This document shows, one piece after another, positions 52,101 to 64,000 of a stretch of DNA of 64,000 bases; position 1 is the first letter of the stretch; each line of letters opens with the position of its first letter. The notes under the pieces were generated by a model. The model made no database searches. It was not told the origin of the DNA and was given only the letters and a program-made list of their open reading frames with translations. The translations under genes and the position numbers were made by a program. The DNA is from Isurus oxyrinchus (taxonomy: Eukaryota), in the NCBI GenBank assembly GCA_026770705.1, contig JANJGN010000038.1, forward strand, positions 12,896,001 through 12,960,000. Direction: 5' to 3'.

Positions 52101-55100
52101 CAGTTTATATTAATCTAGACCATTTATCATTAATAAATGTAACAGACCCTGTCTCAGCTAATTGTAATCGGTACCATGTATCAGTAATCACTCGAATATA
52201 CCCTGTCCAAGTTTATATTAACCCAAACATTGCATCAGTGATCACTGTAATAGATCTTGTCTCAGCTGATATGAATCCATTCCTTGAATCAGTAATCACT
52301 GTAACATACCATGACTCAGTTTATATTAATCCATACCATGCACCGGTAATCATGGTAATATTCCCTGCTTCAGTTTATATTGATCTAGACCCTATATCAG
52401 TAATCACTGTAATGGGCCCTGACTCAGTTGATATTAATCCATACCTTGTATCATTAATCACAGTAATAGACCCTGTCTCAGTTTATATTAATACAGACCT
52501 TGTTTCAGTAACCAATGTTAGAGACCCTGTCTTAGTTTATGTTAATCCATACATTGCATTGCTAATCGCTGTAATAGTCCCTGCCTCAGTTTATATTCAT
52601 CTGGACCCTGTATCAGTAATCACTATATTGGACCCTGACTCAGTTATGATTAATCCATACCTTGCATCGGTAATAACAGTAATAGACCCTGTCTCATTTT
52701 ATATTAATCCAGGCCTTGTATCAGTAATCACTGTAATAGACCCTGTCCCAGTTAATATTAATAAGTATTGGTAATTACTGTAGTATACTCTGTCTCAGTT
52801 TCTTTTAATCCATGCAATGCATCAATAATCGCTGTAATAAACCCTGTCTCATTTTTTATTAGTCCATACCTTGCATCAGTAATCACTGGAAGAGACCCTG
52901 TCTCAGTTTATAATCATTTAGACCAATTATCATTGATAAATGTAACAGACCCTGTCTCAGTTAATTTTAATCGATACCATGTATCAGTAATCACTCGAAT
53001 ATACCCTGTCCAAGTTTATATTAACCCAGACATTGCATCAGTCATCACTATAATCGACCTTGTCTCAGTTGACATGTATCAATTCCTTGTATCAGTAATC
53101 ACTGTAACATGCCATGACTCAGTTTATATTAATCCATACCTTGCACCGGTAATCACTGTAATAATCCCTTCCTCAGTTTATATTGATCTAGACCCCATAT
53201 CAGTAATCACTGTAATGGGCCCTGACTCAGTTGATATTAATCCATACATTGCATTGCTAATCGCTGTAATAGTCCCTGCCTTAGTTTATATTCAGCCAAA
53301 CCCTGTATCATTAATCACTGTAATGGACCCTGACTCAGTTGTGATTAATCCATACCTTGCTTCAGTAATCACTGTAATAGACCCTGTCTCATTTTATATT
53401 AATCCAGGCCTTGTATCAGTAATCACTGTAATAGACCCTGTCCCAGTTAATATTAATAAAGACATTGTACTGATAGTTACTGTAATATACTCTGTCTCCA
53501 TTTATTTTAATCCAAACAATGCATCAATAATCGCTGTAATAAACCCTGTCTGATATTTTTGTTAATCCATACCTTGCATCAGTAATCAGTGTAAGAGACC
53601 CTGTGTCTGTTTATATTCATCTAGACCCTGTATCATTATTCACTGTAATGACCTTGACTCTGTTGAAATTAATCCATACTTCACTATAATAGTCCCTGTC
53701 TCAGTTTATATTAATGCAGACATTGTCTCAGTAATCATTGTAGAAGACCCTGTCTCAGTTTACATCAGTCCATATAGTGTAACAGTAATCCCTGTTACAG
53801 ATCCTGTCTCATTTGCTATTAATCCATACCTTGCATCAGTAATCACTGAAGCTGACCCTGACTTAGTTTATATCAATCCATATCTTGTATTGGTAATCAT
53901 TGTAATAGACCCTGTCTCTGTTTATATTAATCTAGACCCGGTATTAGAAATCATTGCAACAGGCCCTGTCAGGTTATTCTAATCCATACCATATATCAGT
54001 AATCACTTTAATAGATCTTGTCTCTGTTTATATTAATCCAGACCCTGTTTCAGTAATCACTGTAATCGCCCTGTATTAGTTGATATGAATCCATACTTGT
54101 ATCAGTAATCATTGTAATAGACCCTTTCTCAGTTTGTATTAATACATAATTTATCAGTAATCACTATAATATACCTTGTCTAAGTTCATATTAATCTAGA
54201 CCATTGATCATTAATAACTGTGACAGACCCCGTCTCAGCTTATATTAACGCAGACAATGCATCAGTGACAACTGTAATAGATGGTTTCTCAGTTGGTATG
54301 AATCCATTCTTTGTGTCAGAATTACTGTAATAGACCCTGCCTCAGTTGATAGGTATTCATAGCTTGTATCAGTTATCTCTGTAATAGACCCTGTGTCAGT
54401 TTATATTAATACGGGAATTGTATTGGTAATTATTGTAATAGACCCTGTCTCAGTTTATGTTAATCCAAAACTTGTGTGAGTAGTCACCATGATAAGCACA
54501 GCCTCAGCTGATATCAATCCATACCTTGTATCAATAATCAGTGTAATAGACTTTATATTAATACAGACCTTGTATCAGTAATCACTGTGATAGACCACGT
54601 CTCTTTTTATATTAATACAGATATTGTATTGGTAATTACTGTAATGAACCCTGCCCACAGCCAATATTAATTTAGAGCCTGTATCAATAATCATTGTGAT
54701 TGACCCTGTCTCAATTTATATGAATATAGACCCTGTATCAGGAATCACTGTAATAGACCCTGCCTCAGTTTATATGAATCTTTACCTTGCATCAGTACTC
54801 TCTGTAATCGATCCAGTCGTAGCTTAAATTAATCTCGGCCCTGTATTACTAATCAATGTAAAAGGCCCTGTCTGAGCTTATATTAACCGAGGCACTGTAT
54901 CAGAAATTACGCTAACAAACCCTGTCTCCGTTTATATAAATCTAGGCCCTGTCTCTGCAATCACTGTAGTAGATGCTGTCTCAGGTTGTTTTATTCTAAG
55001 CCCTGTATCAGCATTCACTGTAATAGGCACTAACTCAGTTTATAGTAATCGAGGTACTGTATCTATAATTACTGCACAATGCCCCTACTCCGCTTATAAT

Positions 55101-55255
55101 ACTTAAGATCTGTTAAGTTATTACTGCACTAGACTCTATTTTCGTTAATACCAATCTCACCCCTGTTTCTGTAATAGACGTACAGATTAATCTAGAACCT
55201 GAATCAGTAATCACTGCACGATGTTCTGTCTCGGTTTAAATTCATCTAGAGACTG
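43140..55255 (+). repeat. ~12 kb satellite array of 54-bp monomers (two related 27-bp halves), with a homogeneous core at ~43887-46040
   Basis: Core unit aacctgtttcagtattcactgtaatac|acactgtctcagtttataataacccat. Flank consensus approximately accttgtatcagtaatcactgtaatag|accctgtctcagtttatattaatccat. Confidence 0.95.
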
Positions 55256-55257
55256 TC

Positions 55258-57125
55258 TCCTTCTTCTTAGGCATTCCCTCAGGATCGAGGATGACATGCT
55301 GCCATGCCACTTCGATATGTTCTGATTTGGCTGTTAAGCCCAATGCGCCATCTGCAGACTCTGCTAAAGATGGTTGGACCTAGGGCATTACTCTAATTAA
55401 CAACTGCAGTGATGTTCTGGAACTGAGATGATTAATTCTCCAACAACCACAACCAGCTTCGTCTGTGTTACAGATGACACTGACCAACAGAAAGTTTCCC
55501 CCCTGATTCCCATTGACTCCAGTTTTGCTAAGACTCCTTGATGCCACACTCTGACAGATGCTGCCTTCATATCAAAGGCTATTACTTTCACCTCAACTTT
55601 AGATTTTAGCTCATTTGTCCATGTTTAGACCAAGGCTGTAATGGGATCAGGAGCTGAGTGACCCTGGCGTGACTCCCCTGAAGGATATTAGTGGACATCA
55701 GCCTTCCCGAATAAGCTTCTTTGATTTTGGTCAGCCACAAACTAGGGACCCCCATGAACTGGCAGATATGTTCGAACATTTCTGGGATGCTTTGAGCACA
55801 TCCCTCAAGCACTCTATTTGCCTCCTGCCGAGACAGAGTTCCAAGTGGATTAATGACTTTGGGAGTTTTGTGTTCAGCATACGAACCATATGTTCCACCC
55901 AGCAGAGCCTCTATTGAGTGATGAGGGTCTCTCTGTTGGGCATGTTGGTTTGAGAGAGGACACTGCTGTTTGACTGCCTTTCCTCACATTGGGTTTGTAG
56001 AACCTTCTAATGGCACTGCTGGTATTAATTCTTCAGAACTTAGAGGTGCCTACTCGACGTTGTCCAAGGCTCAGAAGCATTTAGGTGCTTGGCGATCACT
56101 GCTGCCCAGTATACCATGGCCAGAGACTTGGGTTTGGAATTCTAATCCTCAAATACCGTGATCGTCTGTCGGCCAAAGGCTGGCCCTCTGCATTAGACTC
56201 AATGATGAGTTTTGTTGCCTATTTCTGCCTTCCTAGAGAGGAGTCTCCGAAGGTATTGAAGAAGATCCACATTTTCAGGATCTTGCCAATGGGGGAGGTT
56301 TTGTGGTCTGGGGGCTGTTTGGAAGTGAGTCTTATCTTTCTGGGTGTTTAATGGAAAGGCAATTTTTTCATATCCTTCAAAGAAGTTGTCAACAATAAAC
56401 TGGAGCTCAGTTTTCAGTAAGGGTGCACACAAGAACCAGAAGGTTACTGAAGCTCAGTGAATGATGCTGGGAGATTTTTGTTTTGGATTGAAGGTGGTGT
56501 AGGATCAACAGTTTCCTGTCTGTTCGCTAGATTATCTCCAACCTGTGGGTAATCCTCTGGAGGTGAGGTGAACTATTACATAGAGAAAACAATGAGGAGA
56601 GGGTTGGTGCGGTTACACAAGCCTGTCTGACCCCAGTTTTCACAGAGGTAGGATCCATGCTGGTTCCGCTGGTGAGGATCAGGGCTTGCAATCCCCTGTG
56701 GAACAGATGGAGGATGGTGAAAAATTTCTGACGGCACCAGATTTGAGGGGATACTCCATATGTCTTAATCGTCGGCAGAGGAAAAGGCATTTGTGATGCG
56801 AAGCAAGGCCTTGTGCAGCTGTTGCTGCTGCTCGTGGCATTTCTCATTGATTTGCCACACAGTGAACATCATGGTGCCTCTCGATGGGTGAAAATGTCAC
56901 TGCGTCTCTGTAAAGAGCTCTGTGGTCATGGTAAGTGTGTCACTAAGGAGGATGCTTGCAATAATCTTCCCTCTGGAAGACAGCAAAGGGGATTCTTTTG
57001 GGTTAATGCAATTAGACTTGTCTCCCTTCTTGAGTAGACTCATATTCAGAGGATTCCTGACCTCCCTCAGCATGCAGTCCCCTTCCCAAGTGAGGGATAT
57101 GAGGTTGTACACCTATGTCAGGTGA
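55258..57125 (-). mobile_element. RTE-clade LINE relic inserted in the satellite, with a nested fragment of the 33.9-36 kb LINE family at ~55400-55670
   Basis: Remnants KKGDKSNC...LLSSRGKIIASILL and KTGVRQACVTAPTL. The 3' end reads 'tcatcctcgatcctgagggaatgcctaagaagaag' on the minus strand. 55440-55670 parallels 34860-35110. Confidence 0.75.
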
Positions 57126-57129
57126 TGTA

Positions 57130-57950
57130 TTGGTAATGGCGGCACTAGATTCTGTTCTGTTCATTTTAACCCAGGTCCAGTATCAGTATTCACAGAACTT
57201 GACCCTCCCTCACTTTATATAAATCTAGGCCTTACATCAGTAATCACTGCACTTGCCCCTGCCCCACTTTATATTCACCAAGGCTCTTAATCAGTAATTC
57301 CTTCACTAGGCATTGTCTCAGTTTACATTAATCTCTGCACAGTAACAGTCATGGCTGCACTAGGCACTGTCCCAGTTTATATCAATCTCGGTCTTGTTTC
57401 AGTAATCACTGCACTTTACCATGCCTCAATTCATTTAAATCTAGACCCTGTTACACTAATCACTGCTACTGGACCTCGTCTCAGTTTATATTCATCAAGG
57501 AGCTTAATAAGTAATTCCTTCACTAGGTCCTGTTTCAATTGATATTAATCTAGGCCCTGTATTGTCAATCACTGCACTAGGCCCTGCCTCAGTTGTTACT
57601 GATCAAACCCTGTATCATCAGCCAGTGCACTTGACCGTGTCTCCGTTTATATTCATCAAACCCTGTATCATAAATCACTGCCCTTAGGCACTGAATGAAA
57701 TTATTTTCCTCCAGTTACTTTATATGTAATGGCTGCAGTGGATTCAGCCTCAGTTTTTCTGCTTTAAACAATGTCTCCGTTACTGTTACAGCCGAACCTA
57801 CTTCATCTAATATTAAAATAGTCCATATCTCTATTTCTATTAAATTAGGCTAGTCTGAGTTATCACCTTCAAGCTGGAATGCTTTTAAATTACACAAGGA
57901 TGTTCCTCAGTTAGACTGATCCAAACACTGTTCATGTTTACAACACACTA
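57130..57950 (+). repeat. Continuation of the 27/54-bp satellite beyond the RTE insertion
   Basis: Same monomers, more degenerate. Confidence 0.85.
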
Positions 57951-57989
57951 GGCCACAGCTCATTTAAGACTACACTAAACACCATCTCA

Positions 57990-58115
57990 TAGACGGATGG
58001 ACGGATGGATGGACGGACGGACGGACAGATAGATAGATGGATGGATAGGCAAGCTTCATGAAACACATTTAATCTCTTATCTCTCTCTCTGTGTCTCTCT
58101 CTCTCTCTCTCTCTC
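57990..58115. repeat. (GGAC/GGAT/AGAT)n and (CT)n microsatellites
   Basis: Seen directly in the sequence. Confidence 0.85.
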
Positions 58116-59229
58116 AACAGCTCAGCCCATCTTGTCCTCTTTTCTTTCCAAAACAGCAATTTACTCACTTAAACTGTCTCAGACACAACATAAATTATTT
58201 AACCCCGCTCTTACACAGAGGCCATTTAACTCTCTTGTCCCTTTGCCAGACAACACATGATTCATTTAAAACATTCTTTACCCAAAGAGTCATCCGTGAA
58301 GGATTTTTAATTTTTTTTTATTTTTTTCTCCCAGTGATAATCCTTAATCCACTTCCACCTTCAATAAACATGCTACAACCAATAGAAACTCATATGTTTT
58401 GTTTTTTATATGGGAATGGAGGTGAATGCAATGTAAAAACTAGGAACAATCTATGCTGGGCTTCTTGATGCTGTCAGAGTGAGTTCACCCTCACAGGCAG
58501 GAAGACTGTTCATGGTGATAACATCAAACTGACGGCTGCTCAGGTAACACCACTTCCTGTTTCTTTGCTGCTGGTTCCTAACCACACATCTCACTTCTGA
58601 GCAGTAAATAAATCTAGGGGCCACAATCTGGTGGAAACATCTGTGAAGGCGGCCTATATCTGGCCACAGAGTCAGTGCAGCATCAAAAAGATCACATTGC
58701 GGTGAGATTTACAAATGGGGCTGCTGTGATCTATTTCTATTTCGAGTTGCCATTCCAGGACACAACTGGATGTGTCTGTGGATCATTCACTGAACTTCCC
58801 CTGTTCTCTAAAGCTGGGAAATGACCGCTTGCTCCCTTATATTTTGTGACATTTGCTCTGTGTTGCTTGTTGGCTTTAATTCTGAACTTACCTCTCACGC
58901 CGCCTCTTCCTTATTTCTCTTTAACCTCACTCAGTTTTATGCTCTGTGTCAGTTCTGGCATCTCTCTCCATCTCTACATCTCTTTCATACACATGTTCAA
59001 AATCACTAAAGGTTTGATGGAGTAAATAAAGAGAGCCCGTTTCAACTGGCACAACAATCAGTGATCAGAGATGACAGATTCAGATTAATTCAACTGGATG
59101 GTGAGATTAGAACTGAATTTTTTAACACGGTGAGTTGTCATGAGCTGGAAAGAACAACCTGAAATGATAGCAGAAGCGAATCCAACTTTGGAAAGAGTAT
59201 ACATACTTTAGAGCTTAAAAACTGTCAGA

Positions 59230-60350
59230 TAATAGAAACATAGAACCCTAGAAAAGTTATGGTGCAGAAAGAGGCCATTCAGCCCATTGTGATTGCACTG
59301 GCCAAGAATAAAAGAAACTTGCCTCTCATTTTAACCCCACTTCCCAGCACCTGGTCCATAGCCTTGCAGGTTACATCAGTTCAGGTGCAGATCCAGGTGC
59401 CTTTTAAATGGGTTGACCGTTTCTACTTCAACCACTAACTTATGCAGTGAATTCCAGATGTCAACCACCATCTTGGTGAAAATGTTTTTCCTCATGTCCC
59501 CGCTAATCTGTCTACCAATCACTTTAACTCTGTTCCCCCTGATAACTGACGGCTCAGTGACGAGGGACAACTCTTCCCTGTCTGCCCTATCTAGGCCCCT
59601 CGTCATTTTGTACACCTGAATCATGTCACCCCTTAGCCTTCTCTGTTCTAAGGAAAACAGCCCTAGCCTATATAATCTCTCCTCATAGCTGCTATTTTCC
59701 AGCCCTGGCAACATTCTTGTAAATCTCCTCTAAGCTCTCTGTGAGCGATTATGCTTTCTTGTAACGTGGTGACCAGGATTGTACGCAAAGCTCCAGCTGT
59801 AGTTGAACCAGCGTTTTACACAGTTCCATTATTACATCTTTGCTTTTCTGTTCAACCTCGCCCAATAAAGAAAAACATTGCATATGTTTTCTTGTCCACC
59901 TTGTCCACCTGTCCCGCCAACTTTCGGGGAGCTGTGAATACCCACCTGAAGGTCTCGCTCTTCCTCAGCCTCTCAATATCTTTCTCTTTATTAAGAATTC
60001 CTTTGCTTTGTCCCCTCCCCCTCTCAAATGCATTAGCTCACACTTCTCCAGATTCAATCCCATTTGCCACTTCGCCTACTCAACCAAACCAGTCATGTCA
60101 TTTTGGAACACACAGCTAGTCTCTCCACTACACGACCAACTTTTGCATCATCTGCAAATTTCCCAATCATGCCTCTCACATTTAAGTTTAAGTTATTAAT
60201 AAACACAACAAACAGCAAGAGCCCAGCACTGAGCGTTGTGGAAAAGCACTGGGAACCGTTTCCATTTCGCAGAAACACCCATTGACCATTGCACTTTGTT
60301 TCCTGTCATGAGACAAATTTGGATCCAACCTGCCACCTTCCCCTGCATAT
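59230..60350 (-). mobile_element. CR1 LINE RT and 3' end
   Basis: Encodes LLFVVFINNL...GKFADDAKVG and MLPGLENSSYEERLYRLGLFSLEQRRLRGDMIQVYK. Confidence 0.9.
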
Positions 60351-61489
60351 CCTGACCATTATGGGGAATATTGGACAGACCTTTAAAAGAGCCGACACAG
60401 GCACAATAGGTTTAAGGACTTTTTCAATGATTCTCTGCTCTTCTTACTGTTTATTTTTCTGTATTTATGTATCTTCTTGTTGCAGTATCATTTCGGCACC
60501 TCCTCTGTCCTTTATTGAGCCCAAATAAAATGTGATAATTACACAGTTTAGCTGGTGCGCTAATCCTGCCGTCTGAAAGTGTCTGTACGTGTAATGCTGA
60601 TAATTGTCAGCTATCTTTCAAGACGCTATTTATAAACTCCAAGTGAATGCCCCTGGATCGAACTCTGATCAGAAAATCCCCACCTCCTGAATCTCTGTGG
60701 CACGGAATTTTGCTCTGGGGAAATTTTGCTATTTGACCTTTTCAGTCACAATGAAAATCAAGCAGAAGATTGAAAATGTCGGTTTGTTTGAGCTGTCAGA
60801 TTCGGCCCGTGTGCCTCTGTGCAACTCCAAAACTGCAGGATAAACTGTGAAGGAACAGATCCGTTTCTGTTCCTCTGTCAGGTGCGTCAGTGTCAGCTCA
60901 GATATCAGAACCTCTGCAGTCTCCATGTCCTTATTGCCTCCCCCTTGGGTATAAACATTCTTAGTCAGGTGGAGTCAGTCACACGGGCCTTTGTCATGAT
61001 ATCTCCATGACTTTCTTATCACACAATTCCCTCCCCCGCTCATCATTGCATAGGAGCCTGCACTATCCCCAAAACACAACTGCTTCCTTCCAGTTTGCAT
61101 TACATTTACATTCGGATTTCTTTGCTCATCTACCTCGCTCAATACAAGAGTACAAGCGGTAAAAATGGCCTCTGTCATTCATATGTTACAGGCTGCCTCT
61201 GTGATCATTATTATACCAGGCTCCAATCTGCCCGGGCCATGTCATCGCCACTTGTTTCATTAATTTAACTGGAAGAATTGTTTTTCAGTGAACGCGCTAG
61301 TCAAACGTGCGATTGTGTCGCAGGAACCCCTGTCTGGCTGGATAGGGACACTGTACAGGATTGTTCTGTCTGCTATATTCTCTCATCGATTCTGACTATA
61401 AGAACATATTGGGCAGAAGGACGTAAAAGCAATTAAACTTGAATTTATACTGACACCTGCAGAACCCACCCAGTTTATGGGGTCCAGTC

Positions 61490-61660
61490 TCTTTTTCTCA
61501 TTCATTCACGGCATGCGAGCTTCGCTGGCTGGGCCAACATTTATTGCCCATCCCATATTTCTCTTGAGAAGGTGGTGGTGAACTGCCTTCTTGAACCACT
61601 GCAGTCCACATGGTGTAGGTACACCTGCAGTGTTGTTAGGGAAAGAGTTCTAGGATTTTA
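61490..61660 (-). mobile_element. LINE 3' end (family of 527-905)
   Basis: Close match to 527-685. Confidence 0.75.
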
Positions 61661-61869
61661 ACTGGAGAGAGACTGGAACCCAAATATTCTGAGCCACGAC
61701 TGAGATTGTTGCCAAATATTCAACACGGACATGATCTGTTCACAGTTCCCATCGCAAACCTTATTCCATTCAGAGTTCAATGGTCCTTGATTCTGTTATT
61801 CGGCAACTTATTTGCAACGTTTTCGGAATCACATGCACTAATGTATGACACCTTAACTTCGGTTTTGGT

Positions 61870-62490
61870 GCACTAGACGCCGACTGTGCTCTCAGCACAC
61901 TGGATTCAGTGATGTGTTCAGTAATACAGTGCAACCTGCGGCTGTTAGTATTGGATCGAACACTGTCCTCGTTACACTAAAATTAAACAATGCCTTTGCT
62001 GTAATCACACTGGACTCTGAGTCCATTCTTATTGCATTGCCTCGTATTTCAGTAATTATTACACTTCACTCCCGCCACTGATCCAGCCAGAAAATAACCT
62101 GCTTATCCATCCAATTTAATACTCTGCTCTTACTATGGGAACATTGTTCCCGTCTATTTTCAACAGTAACATGTTCCTAACATTGATAAATTTGACAGTA
62201 ATCACAGCGATAAACTGGATATCATTGTGCAAAGTATTGTATCCATTGTGATTAAACAAAGACTTATTTCTTCTATCTTTACACTAGGACCTATCTCTGC
62301 TATTAATGCAGTAGTACATATCTTTGCTTATATTACACCGGGTCCTGTCTCTGTTATCACCGCACTAGATTATCTCTGTTTCCATTACAACAGGCCCTAG
62401 CTTTGTTAATACTGCACCAGCCCATATATCTGTTTGTAATACATCGACCCTGCATCTGTTTATGCTACAAAGAGCCTGAGTCATTACATG
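61870..62490 (+). repeat. Degenerate 27/54-bp satellite patch
   Basis: 'acactaggacctatctc', 'ggtcctgtctctgttatcac' and related motifs. Confidence 0.55.
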
Positions 62491-63519
62491 GAACATGCAG
62501 CATCGAAGCAGAATATTCAGTGCAAAAAGGATTAGTGCAGTTGTAGTGGAAAGAGTGGAAGTTACACTCAAAGGTTGCAGAAACAAAAGATTGAAAATTC
62601 CCTGGAGATCAAGGAATGTTTCAACCCTTTCCATCCCTAGGAGTAATAAACCATAGAATTACAGTTATATTAACCTCACAACAGGTACAGTTTCAATTTG
62701 TCCATTTTGCTTCCACAAATGATCACAGACTCACTGTATAGACAGGAACTTCTGTGAGATGCTGATGTGATCATTTGCCAATAAGCTGTCCTTATTCTCG
62801 AGGTGATGTAATCCACATTCCATCTGATCACCTGAGGCAGATAACTCCAGCTGGGAAATGACATAAACAGTCTGAAATCACTTTATAAACAAGAGCACAC
62901 AGCAGATTGGTTATTAATAAATAATTACAATATTAAACGATCTTCAGTTGAAATGCATGAATTGTTCTTTTTGGGGTGTTAACACATTCACTGAAGTTGC
63001 AGAAAGACCGTGAGGTGTGTGTGTGTGTTTGTGTGTGAGGGAGAGAGAGAGAGAAACGGACAGACAGGCAAACAGAAGACAGTGACTTATGCGCTGCATC
63101 AGATAGAGGGGCGAGCGACAGATTGGTAATTGGCACCTTCATCTTAGTAACGATGTATGCCATGACTTTCTATACAATGGCACAGAGTAGAAAATGGGAC
63201 CAATATTTTTTTTCTGCATTAAAAGATCGGCAGCCACAATTTGAAGAAGAGAACATGAAATGCCAAACAATGGTGAAAGTAAATAATTTATATTCGAGGA
63301 ATTACAGTGCAAGTGTGAAGAATGATTCTCTTCATGAAAACAAACAGAACAGGTGGCATATGATCAGTGATACTGTCAACTATAATGAAACTGATTATCA
63401 GGCGCTGAATTGGCCGCCCATCTCATGCCGCCCATCTTTAGCCAAGGCCAGGGACCATTTTCTAGCTCATTACCTTTATTTATATTATCTCTCTAGTTCA
63501 CATAGACACAGCCTAGCGC

Positions 63520-64000
63520 AGTAATAACTCAGGCTGGATTAGCTTAATTTAAGCTAAGAAATTGTTTTCTGAAGTAATAATAGAGATCAGGACTAGTGCA
63601 ATATAAAATGAAAAGGGTTCCAGTTTAGCATTAAAAAGGCAGAGTCTAGTGCAATAATAACTGCGACTGCATCTTCTGTAACTTATGAGACATCAGAGAT
63701 AGGGCTAACATAATATAAGCAGAGACATGGAGTAGTGCAGCAACAACTAAAATAAAGCTTAGTGCTGTGTATAGGGACCATTAGTCCAGCGCAGTAAGAA
63801 CTGGGACTTTGCCGTATGTAATACAAAAAGAGACATGGTATAGTTCCAGAACAACTGAGATGGGGCCAAGCACTGATATAACTGAGGCAGGAACTGGTGT
63901 AATATTATGAAAGGATCCATTTGGATATAAACCGAGACAGGGTCAGGTGCAGTAATACTGAGACAGGGCAGAGTGCACCGAATATTGATACAACATCTCC
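63520..64000 (-). repeat. Degenerate 27/54-bp satellite in inverted orientation, running off the window end
   Basis: 'agtaataactgagacaggg'-type motifs. Confidence 0.65.

Noticed and set aside
46216-53553. ORFs up to 323 aa with an 18-aa repeat (VSVITVIDPVSVYINPYL)
   Set aside because: They follow from a 54-bp unit with one stop-poor frame. Stops and frameshifts are scattered through the array, and the homogeneous core has no long ORF.
60729-63524. Short ORFs in unique-looking sequence (for example 62676-62864 and 63123-63524)
   Set aside because: No recognisable protein motifs or consistent exon chain, although small exons of an unknown gene cannot be excluded without RNA data.

Overview
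This is vertebrate genomic DNA, almost certainly from a cartilaginous fish (shark), with four short N gaps. The main feature is one complete, unrearranged immunoglobulin heavy-chain cluster on the minus strand (about 5.9-26.3 kb). Its order is TATA, leader, V, D1, D2, J, Cmu1-Cmu4 with secretory tail, TM1, TM2, with a matching set of RSSs (V23, 12-D1-22, 12-D2-12, 23-J). The D, J, constant, tail and TM segments are typical shark IgM. The leader and V exon instead look like IgW-family sequence by my recollection, suggesting a germline IgW-V/IgM chimera. Cmu3 carries an inferred 8-nt deletion that causes a frameshift, so the canonical transcript is truncated unless Cmu3 is skipped. The rest of the window holds one tRNA-Ser(TGA)-like gene and many CR1/L2-group and RTE LINE and SINE relics. 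There is also a palindromic Penelope-like element with a minimal hammerhead motif in the J-C intron, TG and AGAT microsatellite blocks, and a ~12 kb 54-bp (2x27) satellite. That satellite shows higher-order structure and a recently amplified core. Family assignments come from memory and visual inspection; no searches were run.
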